Numbered from the stretch's first letter, positions 18,692-29,632 are shown. The stretch is 64,000 nt of DNA from Candidatus Levyibacteriota bacterium (GCA_027459725.1 DAIDHK010000001.1:3411-67410), one strand, 5' to 3'. The notes: generated by a model not told the origin, from the sequence alone. Numbers and translations: made by a program.

Positions 18692-20290
18692 TTATATTCT
18701 ATGCGTATAATGAACCAGTTTATATATTCTCTCCACCGATACCTGCCACTGCCCGGCAATCTGTGCCTGCCCAAAACCCGCAATTGGAAAATCTGAATTT
18801 GCTATCACCTGACAAGGCTGGGACTCGCAGACTACAAATAGCTGTTTGGTAACAGTTTTGCGCTGCGGATCGTTAATAAGATTATCAATAGTAACAGGAT
18901 CATGATGGGAGATATGAAAAAAGTACAAATAAGCATCAGGAGAATCTCCTTTGGATGCCAAAGCAAAATTAAAGGGTTTGTTATTAGTCTTTTTAATAAT
19001 AAAGTCGGTTACCTGCTGCATCTGGTGCATCTGGTTATTGGGTGCATATTGAACCGGAGTTTTGTAGATATTAAAACCTACTATAAACAGCAGTATGATA
19101 ACAGCCATTGGTATATATATACTTTTAAATTTTTTAATTTTGGTTGCTAGATAGAAAAGATTTCCATAAAGCAGGAAAGGTAAAGGAAACATAAACTCAA
19201 AATAATAATCGTATATTGGTTTATGATAAAAAGAAAAAAGGGATACTCCAAATATAAGCCATAAGCTCAATAAGAGGACAAACAGCTTATCTTTAATAAA
19301 CCGCAGAGCATAAACAGATAAGATAGAAATAATGATAATTACTACCATCCATAAAGCTAATAACCACTGAGGATATAAATCAGTTGTATTGAAGCTGAAG
19401 TCTTTGTAGGGATAATAATAAATTAAATGTGCAAAAAGCCGGAAAAAAACATCCGGGATGGTCACCCAAAACGGATTATGTGTTAAATCATTAGCAGTCG
19501 GATCGCCAATTAAAATAAAACTCCAAATAGCTTTTGTATTTTCAAACTGGTGACGCAGCTCGAAAGCGATGAAGGGCGAAAAACCTATCACAAAACCTGT
19601 CAGTAATTGAAGATACTGTCTGATATCGATAACCAAAGAATTCTTAAAAATCTCAATGTAATTCTTTAATTTTTTGGCAGCTCTAACCATATACCAATTA
19701 CCCAGCAAAACGAAAAAGAAAATCACAATACCGGTAAATACTTCTATATAATGAAGCTGTAGAGTTATACCATACAAAAAACCTGATGAGACTATCCACT
19801 TCCAGCTGGTTTTCTTAACTCCCAGATATAGCCAATAGAGCAAAAGCAAGGTAAAAAAGGGCATCGGATTGGGATTCCAGGAAGACCTGGAATAAGTGAT
19901 TACCAGAGGTGATAGTGCATACAAAATTGAGGCTACTAGGGCCCCACGTATACCAAAAAACTTTCTGGAAATAAAATAAATAAGCCCTACTGTCGCTATG
20001 CTTAATAGAGCAACCATAACCGCCGGCCCAACCGGACTATTGTTAAATATGGCAAAAAACGGCACTATCATGTAATAGTAAATTGGTCCGGTGAAAAAAT
20101 TTCCTGCTGACGCCCGTGGTCCTAACAGCGTTAAATGACCATGCAGGATATTATAAGCAACTAAAGCATCTCTACCCTCATCTCCTAAAAAAGTCAAATA
20201 ACCGGCGATGTTATATAAACGCAAAAATCCGGCCACAGCCAAAATAACAATTAACAATATTAGTTCTTTGTATCTATTCAAGAGTTTCAT
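18692..20290 (-). CDS. GT-C fold glycosyltransferase (ArnT/PMT family)
   Basis: FLRLYN...FLGDEG, GPIYYY, SPLVITYSR..WNP; multiple TMs. Confidence 0.88.
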   Translation of the reverse strand: MKLLNRYKELILLIVILAVAGFLRLYNIAGYLTFLGDEGRDALVAYNILHGHLTLLGPRASAGNFFTGPIYYYMIVPFFAIFNNSPVGPAVMVALLSIATVGLIYFISRKFFGIRGALVASILYALSPLVITYSRSSWNPNPMPFFTLLLLYWLYLGVKKTSWKWIVSSGFLYGITLQLHYIEVFTGIVIFFFVLLGNWYMVRAAKKLKNYIEIFKNSLVIDIRQYLQLLTGFVIGFSPFIAFELRHQFENTKAIWSFILIGDPTANDLTHNPFWVTIPDVFFRLFAHLIYYYPYKDFSFNTTDLYPQWLLALWMVVIIIISILSVYALRFIKDKLFVLLLSLWLIFGVSLFSFYHKPIYDYYFEFMFPLPFLLYGNLFYLATKIKKFKSIYIPMAVIILLFIVGFNIYKTPVQYAPNNQMHQMQQVTDFIIKKTNNKPFNFALASKGDSPDAYLYFFHISHHDPVTIDNLINDPQRKTVTKQLFVVCESQPCQVIANSDFPIAGFGQAQIAGQWQVSVERIYKLVHYTHRI

Positions 20291-20312
20291 GCGGACTTAA
20301 AAGAATAATCTA

Positions 20313-21506
20313 TTATAATACTCTGTTTTCCTCAACTATCAGATTCTTTTTCAAGTACTGTGTCTTCCAGATAATCTTGTTGTATATAATATAATTCAAA
20401 GGAATAACCAGAAAAATAATGGCCGGGAAAAGAATGGCAATTCTGGTCTTAACCATAAAACCGTAAATGTGCATATTAGGACCCAGCGCCAATTCGGCCA
20501 ACCAGATTGCTGCTACCTGAATAATAATTGATCCTAAAGAAGCAATGTTGAACTTAACCAACTTCATCCAAAAACTCGAGCTTTCTTTTATATGATGAGT
20601 ATCACTAAAAGTCCAGAAATGGTTAATCAAAAAATTAGACAGAATTGCCATTTCAGCGCCTATTCCCACGGCAAAAGAATCCGGAAAATGTAACAAGCGA
20701 GCAGATCCTTCCTGAGCTAATAACTGCACAATAAACCCGGTACCTCCCACAAATAAGAATTTTATAATCCTGACAGAGTCGTCAAACTTCAGACGAAGAA
20801 CCACAAACATTGATTCAAATGACTCCTTTTTATTTATTTTACTCACTCCCTCTTTTCTTTCATAAAAAATAATGGGAATTTCTTTCACTTTTGCTCCCAT
20901 TTTAACCACATCATGCAAAACATGCAGTTTATAAGCAAATGCCTTGGAATAGAGATGCTCCAAATCAACTTTTTTTAAATATTCTGACTTAGTCAACTTA
21001 AAACCAGATGTAATATCATGAATGGAAAAATTCATCCAGACAATACGAGCAAATAACCCGCCAAACTTGCTTAAAATTTTGCGGTGCAATCCCCATTCTT
21101 TGGGTATAGCACCACCCGGAATATAACGACTGCCAATAACATAGTCATAACTCTCATCCATCGCGGCTACCAGACGGGGTAAATCGTGGGGATCATGCTG
21201 AAAATCTGCATCGAATTCAATAACCGCATAAGCATCAAGCTTGTCAATTGCATAGCGCATTGCCCTTGCGTAAGCAGCACCCAGACCTTCTTTATTACCT
21301 TCAAGTAAAAATAAATTTTTATACTCCTTCATATATTTTTCTACTACACCACGAGTTCCATCGGGAGATGAATCATCAGCGATTAGAATGCCCATCTGGT
21401 GATTTTTTATGCGCGGTAGAATATCCTTTTCAAGTAGCGGAACCATCTTCTCGATGTTTGCTTTCTCGTTGTAGGTAGGGATGATAACTATAATCTTCAT
21501 AATCAT
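20313..21506 (-). CDS. Polyprenol-phosphate glycosyltransferase (GT2, DPM1-like) fused to a GtrA-like domain
   Basis: IIPTYNEKANI, DDSSPDGT, FDADFQHDP, GSRY, DITSGF; C-terminal KFLFVGG...NFLINHFWTF. Confidence 0.9.
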   Translation of the reverse strand: MIMKIIVIIPTYNEKANIEKMVPLLEKDILPRIKNHQMGILIADDSSPDGTRGVVEKYMKEYKNLFLLEGNKEGLGAAYARAMRYAIDKLDAYAVIEFDADFQHDPHDLPRLVAAMDESYDYVIGSRYIPGGAIPKEWGLHRKILSKFGGLFARIVWMNFSIHDITSGFKLTKSEYLKKVDLEHLYSKAFAYKLHVLHDVVKMGAKVKEIPIIFYERKEGVSKINKKESFESMFVVLRLKFDDSVRIIKFLFVGGTGFIVQLLAQEGSARLLHFPDSFAVGIGAEMAILSNFLINHFWTFSDTHHIKESSSFWMKLVKFNIASLGSIIIQVAAIWLAELALGPNMHIYGFMVKTRIAILFPAIIFLVIPLNYIIYNKIIWKTQYLKKNLIVEENRVL

Positions 21507-21541
21507 TGATATATTTAAGCAGAATTTTACTTAAAATATCT

Positions 21542-22513
21542 TTATTTTATTTCAGGCATTAATTCTGACTTGAAATACTCAATGGTTTTTTTCAAACCTT
21601 CCTCCAGACTTACCTTTGGTTCCCAATTTAAAAGCTGTCTGGCTTTAGAAATATCCGGCTGACGCTGGAGTGGATCGTTTTGTGGCAGAGCCTCTGAATA
21701 CTCAATCTTTACGTTTGCACCTACCAGTTTTTTAATCATATCCGCATATTCTAATATCGTGTGTTCTTCCGTAGAGCCAATATTAACTATTTCTCCTTTA
21801 GTATTGGAATCAAACATTAATTTTATCATCCCTTCAACAGTATCATCAACATAGCACAAAGAGCGCGTTTGAGTCCCGTCACCAAAAATTGTAATCGACT
21901 GGCCTTTTAATGCCTGGATTATAAAAACAATGAGCATTCTTAGATCCTTAATATTCATTCCAGGCCCATAAGTATTGAAGATTCTGATTATTCTGGCATT
22001 CAAATTTTTCTCCCGAATATAATATGCAACCAGAGTTTCACCAAATCTCTTGGACTCATCATATACTGATCTGGGACCGGTGGTAGAAACATTACCGTTA
22101 TATGTTTCTTTTTGCGGATGCTGCTGGGGATCTCCATATACTTCCGAGGTGGAGGCAAAAAGAAATTTTGCATTGTTATGTAAAGCAAAGTCAAGAAGAT
22201 TATGGGTTCCTATTGTATTTACCATCATTGTCTCCATAGCCAGTTTATGATAACTGATTTCACTATGATGATTTGGTGAAGCGGGTGAAGCCAGGTGGAA
22301 AACGTAATCAGCAGTCAGATCATCTGATAAAGGAAGAGTAACATCCTGGTGGATAAACTGAAAGTTATCATTTTCTTTTAACCGGTCAATATTTTTCCCG
22401 TTACTGGTTATCAGACTATCGATGGCAATAACTTTATAGCCCATATCCAACAGACGTGTACATAAATGCGAACCAATAAAACCGGCACCCCCGGTTACGA
22501 TAGCTGTTTCCAT
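21542..22513 (-). CDS. UDP-glucuronate decarboxylase-like SDR (UXS)
   Basis: TGGAGFIGSHL, HLASPASP, ASTSEVYGDP, YDESKR, RIFNTYGP, DP.QRQPDI. Confidence 0.85.
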   Translation of the reverse strand: METAIVTGGAGFIGSHLCTRLLDMGYKVIAIDSLITSNGKNIDRLKENDNFQFIHQDVTLPLSDDLTADYVFHLASPASPNHHSEISYHKLAMETMMVNTIGTHNLLDFALHNNAKFLFASTSEVYGDPQQHPQKETYNGNVSTTGPRSVYDESKRFGETLVAYYIREKNLNARIIRIFNTYGPGMNIKDLRMLIVFIIQALKGQSITIFGDGTQTRSLCYVDDTVEGMIKLMFDSNTKGEIVNIGSTEEHTILEYADMIKKLVGANVKIEYSEALPQNDPLQRQPDISKARQLLNWEPKVSLEEGLKKTIEYFKSELMPEIK

Positions 22514-22588
22514 AAATCTGACTACTATTGTACAGGAAAAACAGTTGTTGAGAAAAGTCCCTATTTTATGATAGAGTATAGTGGTTGT

Positions 22589-23593
22589 ATGGCAAAAAAC
22601 GCGTTAATAATCGGAGTATCCTCACAGGACGGATCATATCTGGCCGATTTGCTTTTAGAAAAAGGGTATAACGTCACGGGTACGGTACGCCACTCGACCA
22701 GTTTCTATCATGAAAATATAAAGCATCTTTACGGAAAGATCGCAATTGAGATAGCCGATTTAATCGATATAGAAAGTCTTGCTCATGCCATGCGTGATCA
22801 TAAACCCCATGAAGTATATAATCTAGCTGCACAATCAATTCCGGCTGACAGCTGGACTCATCCTTTTTATACAGGTGAAGTTACAGCCTTAGGACCCGTA
22901 AGAGTGATGGAGGCCATCAAACATTTTGCTCCAGAGGCACGTTTTTACCAGGCCACCAGTCGTGAGATTTTCGGTAATATTCAGGCTGAAACAGCCAATG
23001 AAAATACACCCTTTGACGGCAATAATCCTTACGGTATCGCCAAAACTTATGCGCATATGATGACACGATGTTACAGGGAGTCATATAACATGTTTACATG
23101 CGGGGGAATATTGTTTAATCATGAATCACCACGACGCGGACTGCATTTCGTAACCAGGAAAATAACCGCCGGTGCTGCCTGCATAAAAAATAATGTCAAA
23201 AATATGCCCATGAATGAAGCGGGTGAACCATTAATAGGATCTGACGGTAAACTGCATATGGGTTGGCTGAACTCACAACGTGACTGGGGATATGCCAAAG
23301 AATATGTTGAGGCTATGTGGTTAATGCTGCAGCAGGACAAGCCGCACGATTATGTTATCGGCACCAACACAACTCACTCCGTTCGTGAAGTGTGCAAAAT
23401 TGCTTTTGAGCATGTGGGTCTTAACTGGGAAGATTATGTGGTAGAAAATAAAAAGTTTTTCCGTCCGACTGAAATCAAAGAACTTAAAGGAGATTATGCA
23501 AAAGCCAAAAAGGATCTGGGATGGGAACCAAAAACCAGCTTTGAGGATTTAATTAAGATGATGGTAGATACGGATCTGGAAAGATTCAAATAG
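22589..23593 (+). CDS. gmd: GDP-mannose 4,6-dehydratase
   Basis: QDGSYLA, YNLAAQS, PYGIAK, ILFNHESPRRG..FVTRKIT, RDWGYA.EYVEAMWLMLQ; start at ATG 22589. Confidence 0.92.
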   Translation: MAKNALIIGVSSQDGSYLADLLLEKGYNVTGTVRHSTSFYHENIKHLYGKIAIEIADLIDIESLAHAMRDHKPHEVYNLAAQSIPADSWTHPFYTGEVTALGPVRVMEAIKHFAPEARFYQATSREIFGNIQAETANENTPFDGNNPYGIAKTYAHMMTRCYRESYNMFTCGGILFNHESPRRGLHFVTRKITAGAACIKNNVKNMPMNEAGEPLIGSDGKLHMGWLNSQRDWGYAKEYVEAMWLMLQQDKPHDYVIGTNTTHSVREVCKIAFEHVGLNWEDYVVENKKFFRPTEIKELKGDYAKAKKDLGWEPKTSFEDLIKMMVDTDLERFK

Positions 23594-23640
23594 AATATAA
23601 ACCTTACCTCAAAAATTACTTAAGCGTGCTAACAAATAAG

Positions 23641-24603
23641 CTAGACGTTTTTTCTCCAGTATTCCAATAGATCTTCTAAAGTAGTATCAATATCTATTTC
23701 TGCAATCCATCCTGTTAGATTATTAAACTTAGCCGGATCGCAAACTAATTCAGGTATGTCGCTTGGTCTCATCCGGGAAGGATCCGCTTTAACTTCAATC
23801 CTCACCTGGGACATCTTTAACAACTTATCCAGCAGACTGCCAATTTCATAGGACTGCCCGCTGCCCAAATTATATACTTCACCAGCAATCCCCAGCTCTG
23901 CGGCCAGAACATAAGCTCTTACCATATCGCGAACATCCGTAAAATCACGCTTGGAAGTAATATTTCCGACTCCTATCACAGGCTCTATTTGTTTACTTTC
24001 TATTTTGGCAATCTGCTGAGCAAAGTATGAAATACTAATTTCTGGATTTAAGCGGGGTCCTAAATGATTAAAAGGACGAAGCCTGACAATCGGCATTTTA
24101 TATGCCAAAAAATATTGTAAAGCAATAAAATCCTGGGTGATTTTGGAAACAGCATAAGGATTATCCGGATTTAAGGGAGTCCCTTCATTTATTGGCAAAT
24201 CCTCTTTACTGACCTTACCATAAACATTAGCCGAGGAGATAACAATTACTTTGGTGTCTGATAAATTTTGCCTGCGTAATGCTTCAAATAAATTTATTTG
24301 TGCCGAGGCATTATTATATATAACCAGTGAGGGATTGCGAAAACTATCACTAACAGTACTGATTGCTGCCAGGTGATAAATGACATCAGGCCGGTTAGTC
24401 TCAATCAGATTAGAAACAGATGCAAAATCAGTTAAGTCAGCTTTTACCAGGTGTATATCATCTTTTATTTTTTCAACATTAACCAAGCTTCTGTCTGATA
24501 AATAAGTACCAATAACTACATCTTCAGGACTATTTTCCACTAAATACTCCGCCAAATAACTGCCCGCGAAACCGCTAACTCCAGTAATTAAAATCTTTTT
24601 CAT
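23641..24603 (-). CDS. rmd: GDP-4-keto-6-deoxy-D-mannose reductase (Rmd-like SDR)
   Basis: ITGVSGFAGSYL, PYAVSK, RPFNHLGP, RDFTDVRD, RMRPSDIP; next to gmd. Confidence 0.75.
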   Translation of the reverse strand: MKKILITGVSGFAGSYLAEYLVENSPEDVVIGTYLSDRSLVNVEKIKDDIHLVKADLTDFASVSNLIETNRPDVIYHLAAISTVSDSFRNPSLVIYNNASAQINLFEALRRQNLSDTKVIVISSANVYGKVSKEDLPINEGTPLNPDNPYAVSKITQDFIALQYFLAYKMPIVRLRPFNHLGPRLNPEISISYFAQQIAKIESKQIEPVIGVGNITSKRDFTDVRDMVRAYVLAAELGIAGEVYNLGSGQSYEIGSLLDKLLKMSQVRIEVKADPSRMRPSDIPELVCDPAKFNNLTGWIAEIDIDTTLEDLLEYWRKNV

Positions 24604-24658
24604 TAAACGTAGTATAACAGATGAATTTTAAATTTGAAATTAAAGTAATTGAAACAGT

Positions 24659-25954
24659 TTAGCACCCAACACCGAGGTAATTAAAGCCAATTTTTTTCAT
24701 GTCCGCTGGATCGTAAATATTTCTACCATCTATTAAGTTTGGCTGTTTCAACATTGCCTTAACCTTTGACATATCCATTTCTTTAAATTCATTCCATTCG
24801 GTTACCAGCATCAGCAAATTTGCATCTTTGGCCACGTCATATTCATCTTCACAATACGTTATATCTGTTTCATCTTTGAATATCCTTTTTCCATTTTCCG
24901 AAGCAATCGGATCAAAAGTTTGAATCTTTGCACCTGCCTTTAAAAGTGTACGAATGATATATATAGCCGGTGCATCACGCATATCATCAGTATCTGGTTT
25001 AAAAGCCAGACCCAAAACGCCGATTGTTTTACCGCGTACATCCCCCAGCATTTTTTTTGCCTTGGTAACCATCAGCTCCATTGCCTCCTGGTTAATGTCC
25101 TGAGCTGATTTAATCATGGAAAAGTTATATCCATTTTCCTTAGCAATGGCATCCAGAGCCTTCACATCTTTGGGGAAACAGGATCCTCCCCATCCAGCGC
25201 CCGCATTCAAAAAAGCAGTACCAATCCTCCTGTCCAACCCAACTCCCCTCAGTACATCAGGTCCATTGGCACCTGTTTTTTCTGACAACTGAGCAATAGC
25301 ATTAGCAAATGAGATTTTAATAGCCAGAAATGCATTGGAAGCATATTTGATCATCTCAGCTGTGGGAATATTGGTCAAAACCATTTCTCCATCAATAGGT
25401 TTATGTAGCTCTACCAGTTTGTCCTGAGCCTTTTGCGTCTCTGTCCCAATTACAATTCTACTCGGATGAAGCGTATCGGTAATGGCAACTCCCTCACGCA
25501 AAAATTCCGGAACCGATGCCACATCAAATTCAGCTTTCTGCGGTTTAACTTTAGTAATCAATTCTTTAACTTTGAAATTAGTCCCAATCGGCACAGTACT
25601 TTTAACGATTACCACTGTATAATCCTGCAAGTTCTTACCAATCTCTTCTGCTACGGAGAATACAACTGATAAATCTGCTTCACCCGAGGGCATTGGCGGT
25701 GTACCAACAGCAATAAACACAACTTCAGACTTTTTAACACCATCATAGTCCAGTGAAAATAGCAGACGTCCTGCATCAACATTACGCTTAACCATTTCCT
25801 CCAAGCCAGGTTCATAAATGGGTAGAATGCCTTTTTTGAGATTATCAATTTTTTCCTGAGTATGGCCAATGACATGCACGGTATTACCCAAATCAGCAAA
25901 GACCGTAGCTGTCACCAGACCGACATACCCGTGACCTACAAATGTTATTGTCAT
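24659..25954 (-). CDS. ugd: UDP-glucose 6-dehydrogenase
   Basis: GHGYVG, FIAVGTP, KSTVP, PEFLREG, GGSCFPKD, GLAFKPDTDDMRD. Confidence 0.93.
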   Translation of the reverse strand: MTITFVGHGYVGLVTATVFADLGNTVHVIGHTQEKIDNLKKGILPIYEPGLEEMVKRNVDAGRLLFSLDYDGVKKSEVVFIAVGTPPMPSGEADLSVVFSVAEEIGKNLQDYTVVIVKSTVPIGTNFKVKELITKVKPQKAEFDVASVPEFLREGVAITDTLHPSRIVIGTETQKAQDKLVELHKPIDGEMVLTNIPTAEMIKYASNAFLAIKISFANAIAQLSEKTGANGPDVLRGVGLDRRIGTAFLNAGAGWGGSCFPKDVKALDAIAKENGYNFSMIKSAQDINQEAMELMVTKAKKMLGDVRGKTIGVLGLAFKPDTDDMRDAPAIYIIRTLLKAGAKIQTFDPIASENGKRIFKDETDITYCEDEYDVAKDANLLMLVTEWNEFKEMDMSKVKAMLKQPNLIDGRNIYDPADMKKIGFNYLGVGC

Positions 25955-25998
25955 AAAACAAGATTAATTCTAGCACTAAACCGGCTATATAAAAAGAC

Positions 25999-26538
25999 CT
26001 AAATCTTTCCCAATTGCCTGAGTTTATCAACCCATAAGATCAGGGTAATACTTGGTACAGTAGTAATCTCTCCGCTAAAAACTTTTTCCAGTGCGCCCGT
26101 CAAAGACATTTTAACCAGAGTGATATCCTCGTCTGCCTCTAAATTTTTTTCGACCATATTTAGGCCCTTGGCAAAAAACATAATGACTTCCCAGGTTAAA
26201 ATACTTGTAGCAGCATTATACCTCCCTATTTCCAGCCACTCCTTTGCCTGCATACCTGCTTCTTCCGCTAGTTCCTTTTTTGCACTTTCCAACGGACTTA
26301 GTTTATGCTCTACCATCCCACCAATCGTCTGCAGTAAATATTTTTCATACATATAACGATACTGCTTAATAAGATAGATATCACCATTTTCATCCATGGG
26401 CAGAACACAAACAGAAGGATCACGCCGTCCATCCAGATATGTACGCTTTGAACCGTCTTTTAACTGCAGATTAACCTCATTAATTTGGAAAAAATCAGCC
26501 TTCAGAACTGTTTTTTGCGATAAAACCTTTGTACTCAT
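25999..26538 (-). CDS. Nudix hydrolase (ADP-ribose/NDP-sugar pyrophosphatase-like), copy 3
   Basis: KQYRY; GMVE...SAKKELAEEAG. Confidence 0.85.
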   Translation of the reverse strand: MSTKVLSQKTVLKADFFQINEVNLQLKDGSKRTYLDGRRDPSVCVLPMDENGDIYLIKQYRYMYEKYLLQTIGGMVEHKLSPLESAKKELAEEAGMQAKEWLEIGRYNAATSILTWEVIMFFAKGLNMVEKNLEADEDITLVKMSLTGALEKVFSGEITTVPSITLILWVDKLRQLGKI

Positions 26539-27080
26539 AATTTATTTTGCTGTAATAATTTATCCACCCATAATATGACATTAATACTAGAAGCAGTATC
26601 TATCTCTCCTGACAATACTTTATTGACCGCCTCAGGTAAAGACATTTTCACCAGTTCAATGTTTTCCGTATCATCCCAGTGGATCTTCCCGTCAAAAGTT
26701 AAATCTTTCGCTATATATAAATGCTGTCTCCAGGTAGAAATACTGGCCGCCGAGTTAATGACACCCAGTTTTTCGATTTTCCCCGCTTTAATACCCGTCT
26801 CCTCCTCCAGCTCTCTACGCACCGTTTTATCCGGATCCTCTCCTTTATTTACCATTCCGGCTATAACTTCCAGATCTCTTTTACCTAAAAGATAGCGGTA
26901 CTGTCTGATCAGAAAAACCTCATTGGTGCCGCAGATAGGTAAGACACTAATAGCGTCATCCCTTTTAACATCCTGATGTTTTTTTTCACTCCCGTCGGGC
27001 AACTTTAAATATGTATCAAAAACTGTAAATAGCTCAGATTTCAAAACAGGTTTTTGAGAAATAACTTTTATATCTTTCAT
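26535..27080 (-). CDS. Nudix hydrolase, copy 2
   Basis: RQYRY; canonical box GMVNKGEDPDKTVRRELEEETG. Confidence 0.88.
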   Translation of the reverse strand: MKDIKVISQKPVLKSELFTVFDTYLKLPDGSEKKHQDVKRDDAISVLPICGTNEVFLIRQYRYLLGKRDLEVIAGMVNKGEDPDKTVRRELEEETGIKAGKIEKLGVINSAASISTWRQHLYIAKDLTFDGKIHWDDTENIELVKMSLPEAVNKVLSGEIDTASSINVILWVDKLLQQNKL

Positions 27081-27631
27081 ACATCACTTTTTTTTCTTAA
27101 GTACTCTTTTAAATAATAATAGGCTGTGATTGTCGGTCCATCCAGGATTTTTCTCTCCGCTATTAATTTTCCAATCTCCTCCACCGTATAATCTTCATAT
27201 TCAAAAAATTCACCTTTTTCAGGCTTGGGTTTTCCCGATCTTAAATCAGTAGCCAGATAAATATAACATCTTTGATCAGTTATTCCCGGACCATACCAAA
27301 ACCAACCTATCTCTTCCAACTTTCCGGCATGTAAACCCATCTCTTCCTTCAGCTCCTGAACTGCCGTGTCCCGGGGATTTTTCCCCTGCACAAAACCCAT
27401 GGGAAACTCCAGGGAAATAGATTTTACATGATATCTGAACTGTTTTACTAAGTGTACTTGCTTATGGCCAAATATAGGAATAATAATACTAAACGGTGTC
27501 TTACGACGGACATAGTATGTGGCCTGTTCCCCATCTGGCAACAAAACTTCATCTTTCCAGATTTCCCAGTACTTATTCTTATAATCTATCTTTGAGGACA
27601 AAGTCTTCCAGTCGACTGAAATTTTACCCAT
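27077..27631 (-). CDS. Nudix hydrolase, copy 1
   Basis: KQFRY; LEFPMG...TAVQELKEEMG. Confidence 0.85.
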   Translation of the reverse strand: MGKISVDWKTLSSKIDYKNKYWEIWKDEVLLPDGEQATYYVRRKTPFSIIIPIFGHKQVHLVKQFRYHVKSISLEFPMGFVQGKNPRDTAVQELKEEMGLHAGKLEEIGWFWYGPGITDQRCYIYLATDLRSGKPKPEKGEFFEYEDYTVEEIGKLIAERKILDGPTITAYYYLKEYLRKKSDV

Positions 27632-27647
27632 AAGCTAATCAGATGAT

Positions 27648-28508
27648 TTATGTCTTTTCTTTGATAATTTGCAGTCCCTCACGCAAACTGTGCAGTTTAA
27701 TACCTAAATTTTGTATTTTACTGCTGTTTAACGAAGTGTCAAACGGTCGATATGCCATCCCGGCAAAATACTCCTCCCTGGTAGTAGTACCAATCAGATT
27801 TTTGTCTAATCCAAAAACCTCCGCAATCTGCCCGGCAATCTGGTAGGGAGTTAATGCTTTCAATCCTCCAACATGAAAAATACCTTTTGCCCCCTGGGAG
27901 ATTAGAACATCCATTGCATGAGCCAGATCATCAAGCCAGGTAGGAGTAAAAACTTCATCCGTAATTCCTTTAATAGACAGACCCTGTGATAAACGATTAT
28001 ACATGGCGAACACAAAATGTTTTTTACCGTTAAAAAAATTGTAGGGAAACGCAATACGCAGTATCAAATAATGCAACCCTGAACTCTCAACAATTTTTTC
28101 ACCCTCAGCCTTAGTCACACCATACCAGTTTTTGGGCTCTCTGATATCATCTTCCGTATAATTTCCCCTATCACCAGGGAAAACCAGATCAGTGGAAATA
28201 TATATTAATTTTTTGTTGTTTGTTTTACATGCATTAACTACATTTTTTACACCGTTAACATTAATTTGCCAGGCCTCTCCGTTTTCTCCCTGCTCTTTAT
28301 CTCTCTCACATCCGTCAACATCAGCTTTGGCTGCATAATGAATAAGCCATTCATGATCTTTATCTGAGGAGATAATATTTAAACTTTGCGGATTGGTAAT
28401 ATCAACTCCATCTGTCCGACTTAGGTTCGTCACATTGTATTTATTTTTTAATACCTCACTTACTCTTGAACCTACTAATCCGTTTCCTCCAATAGTAAAA
28501 ATATTCAT
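27648..28508 (-). CDS. rmlD: dTDP-4-dehydrorhamnose reductase
   Basis: GGNGLVG, AAKADVDGCE, YISTDLVF, YGVTKAEGE, RPFDTSL. Confidence 0.85.
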   Translation of the reverse strand: MNIFTIGGNGLVGSRVSEVLKNKYNVTNLSRTDGVDITNPQSLNIISSDKDHEWLIHYAAKADVDGCERDKEQGENGEAWQINVNGVKNVVNACKTNNKKLIYISTDLVFPGDRGNYTEDDIREPKNWYGVTKAEGEKIVESSGLHYLILRIAFPYNFFNGKKHFVFAMYNRLSQGLSIKGITDEVFTPTWLDDLAHAMDVLISQGAKGIFHVGGLKALTPYQIAGQIAEVFGLDKNLIGTTTREEYFAGMAYRPFDTSLNSSKIQNLGIKLHSLREGLQIIKEKT

Positions 28509-28523
28509 TACAATAAATTATTT

Positions 28524-29534
28524 TTATTTACCGTATTGTTTGGTGTAATACTGCTTATACTCCCCCGACTTAATATTTTTCCACCATTGTTCGTTTCTTT
28601 TATACCACAATACCGTTTTTTCAAGCCACTCATCAAAGCTGAATTTCGGCTCCCAGCCCAATTCAGTTTTAATTTTTGTCCAGTCAATGTCATATTTTCT
28701 ATCATGTCCCGGACGGTCTTTGACAAATTCAATAAATGACTCATCTTTATCCAGCAGTTTTAAGATTTTTCTGGCAATTTCAATATTGGGATAAAGCTCT
28801 GTCATACCACCAACCAGATAAGTTTCTCCCACTTTACCTTTTTGCAACACTATATCAATCGCTCGGCAGTGATCGTCTACATACAACCAGTCTCTTACAT
28901 ATAATCCATCACCATAAACCGGAATTTTTTTGCCTTCTAAAACATTCGTAATTGCTAAGGGAATAAATTTTTCTGGAAACATATAAGGCCCGAAATTATT
29001 GGAACAATTAGTAATGGTTATCGGCAAACCGTACGTCACACCATATGCTCTGACTAGATGATCAGATCCAGCTTTACTGGCTGAATAAGGGCTACGGGGG
29101 TTGTAGTTGGTTGACTCCTTAAACTTTTCACTTGTTTCAAGCGATAAAGCTCCAAAAACCTCGTCAGTTGAGACATGATGAAACCTCTTAACATCATTTT
29201 TCAACGCTGCCTCCAGCAATATCTGTGTACCTAAAACATTAGTTCTCACAAAGGAAGAAGGATCTGTAATTGAACGGTCAACATGTGATTCGGCAGCAAA
29301 ATGAACTACAGTATCGACTGTGGACATGGCCCTGTTTACAGATGTCAGGTCACAAATATCCGCATGCACGAAAGAATAATTGGGATTACCGGCTATATCG
29401 GCTAGATTTTCCAGATTACCTGCATAAGTAAGCAGGTCATAATTTATAATCTGATCATCAGGATGATTTGTTAACCAGTAACGTATAAAATTTGAGCCTA
29501 TAAAACCGGCTCCGCCGGTGACAAGAAGTTTCAT
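28524..29534 (-). CDS. rmlB: dTDP-glucose 4,6-dehydratase
   Basis: LVTGGAGFIGSNF, HFAAESHVDRSI, HVSTDEVFG, PYSASK, DRPGHD; start ATG 29534. Confidence 0.96.
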   Translation of the reverse strand: MKLLVTGGAGFIGSNFIRYWLTNHPDDQIINYDLLTYAGNLENLADIAGNPNYSFVHADICDLTSVNRAMSTVDTVVHFAAESHVDRSITDPSSFVRTNVLGTQILLEAALKNDVKRFHHVSTDEVFGALSLETSEKFKESTNYNPRSPYSASKAGSDHLVRAYGVTYGLPITITNCSNNFGPYMFPEKFIPLAITNVLEGKKIPVYGDGLYVRDWLYVDDHCRAIDIVLQKGKVGETYLVGGMTELYPNIEIARKILKLLDKDESFIEFVKDRPGHDRKYDIDWTKIKTELGWEPKFSFDEWLEKTVLWYKRNEQWWKNIKSGEYKQYYTKQYGK

Positions 29535-29632
29535 AAAAACTTTCCTTATCTTAAGTGAGCCACAGCCATTTGTCAACTTAACTAAGATCTACTGTTGCCT
29601 TCAACGATACAGTTTATTATACTACTTAAGTT

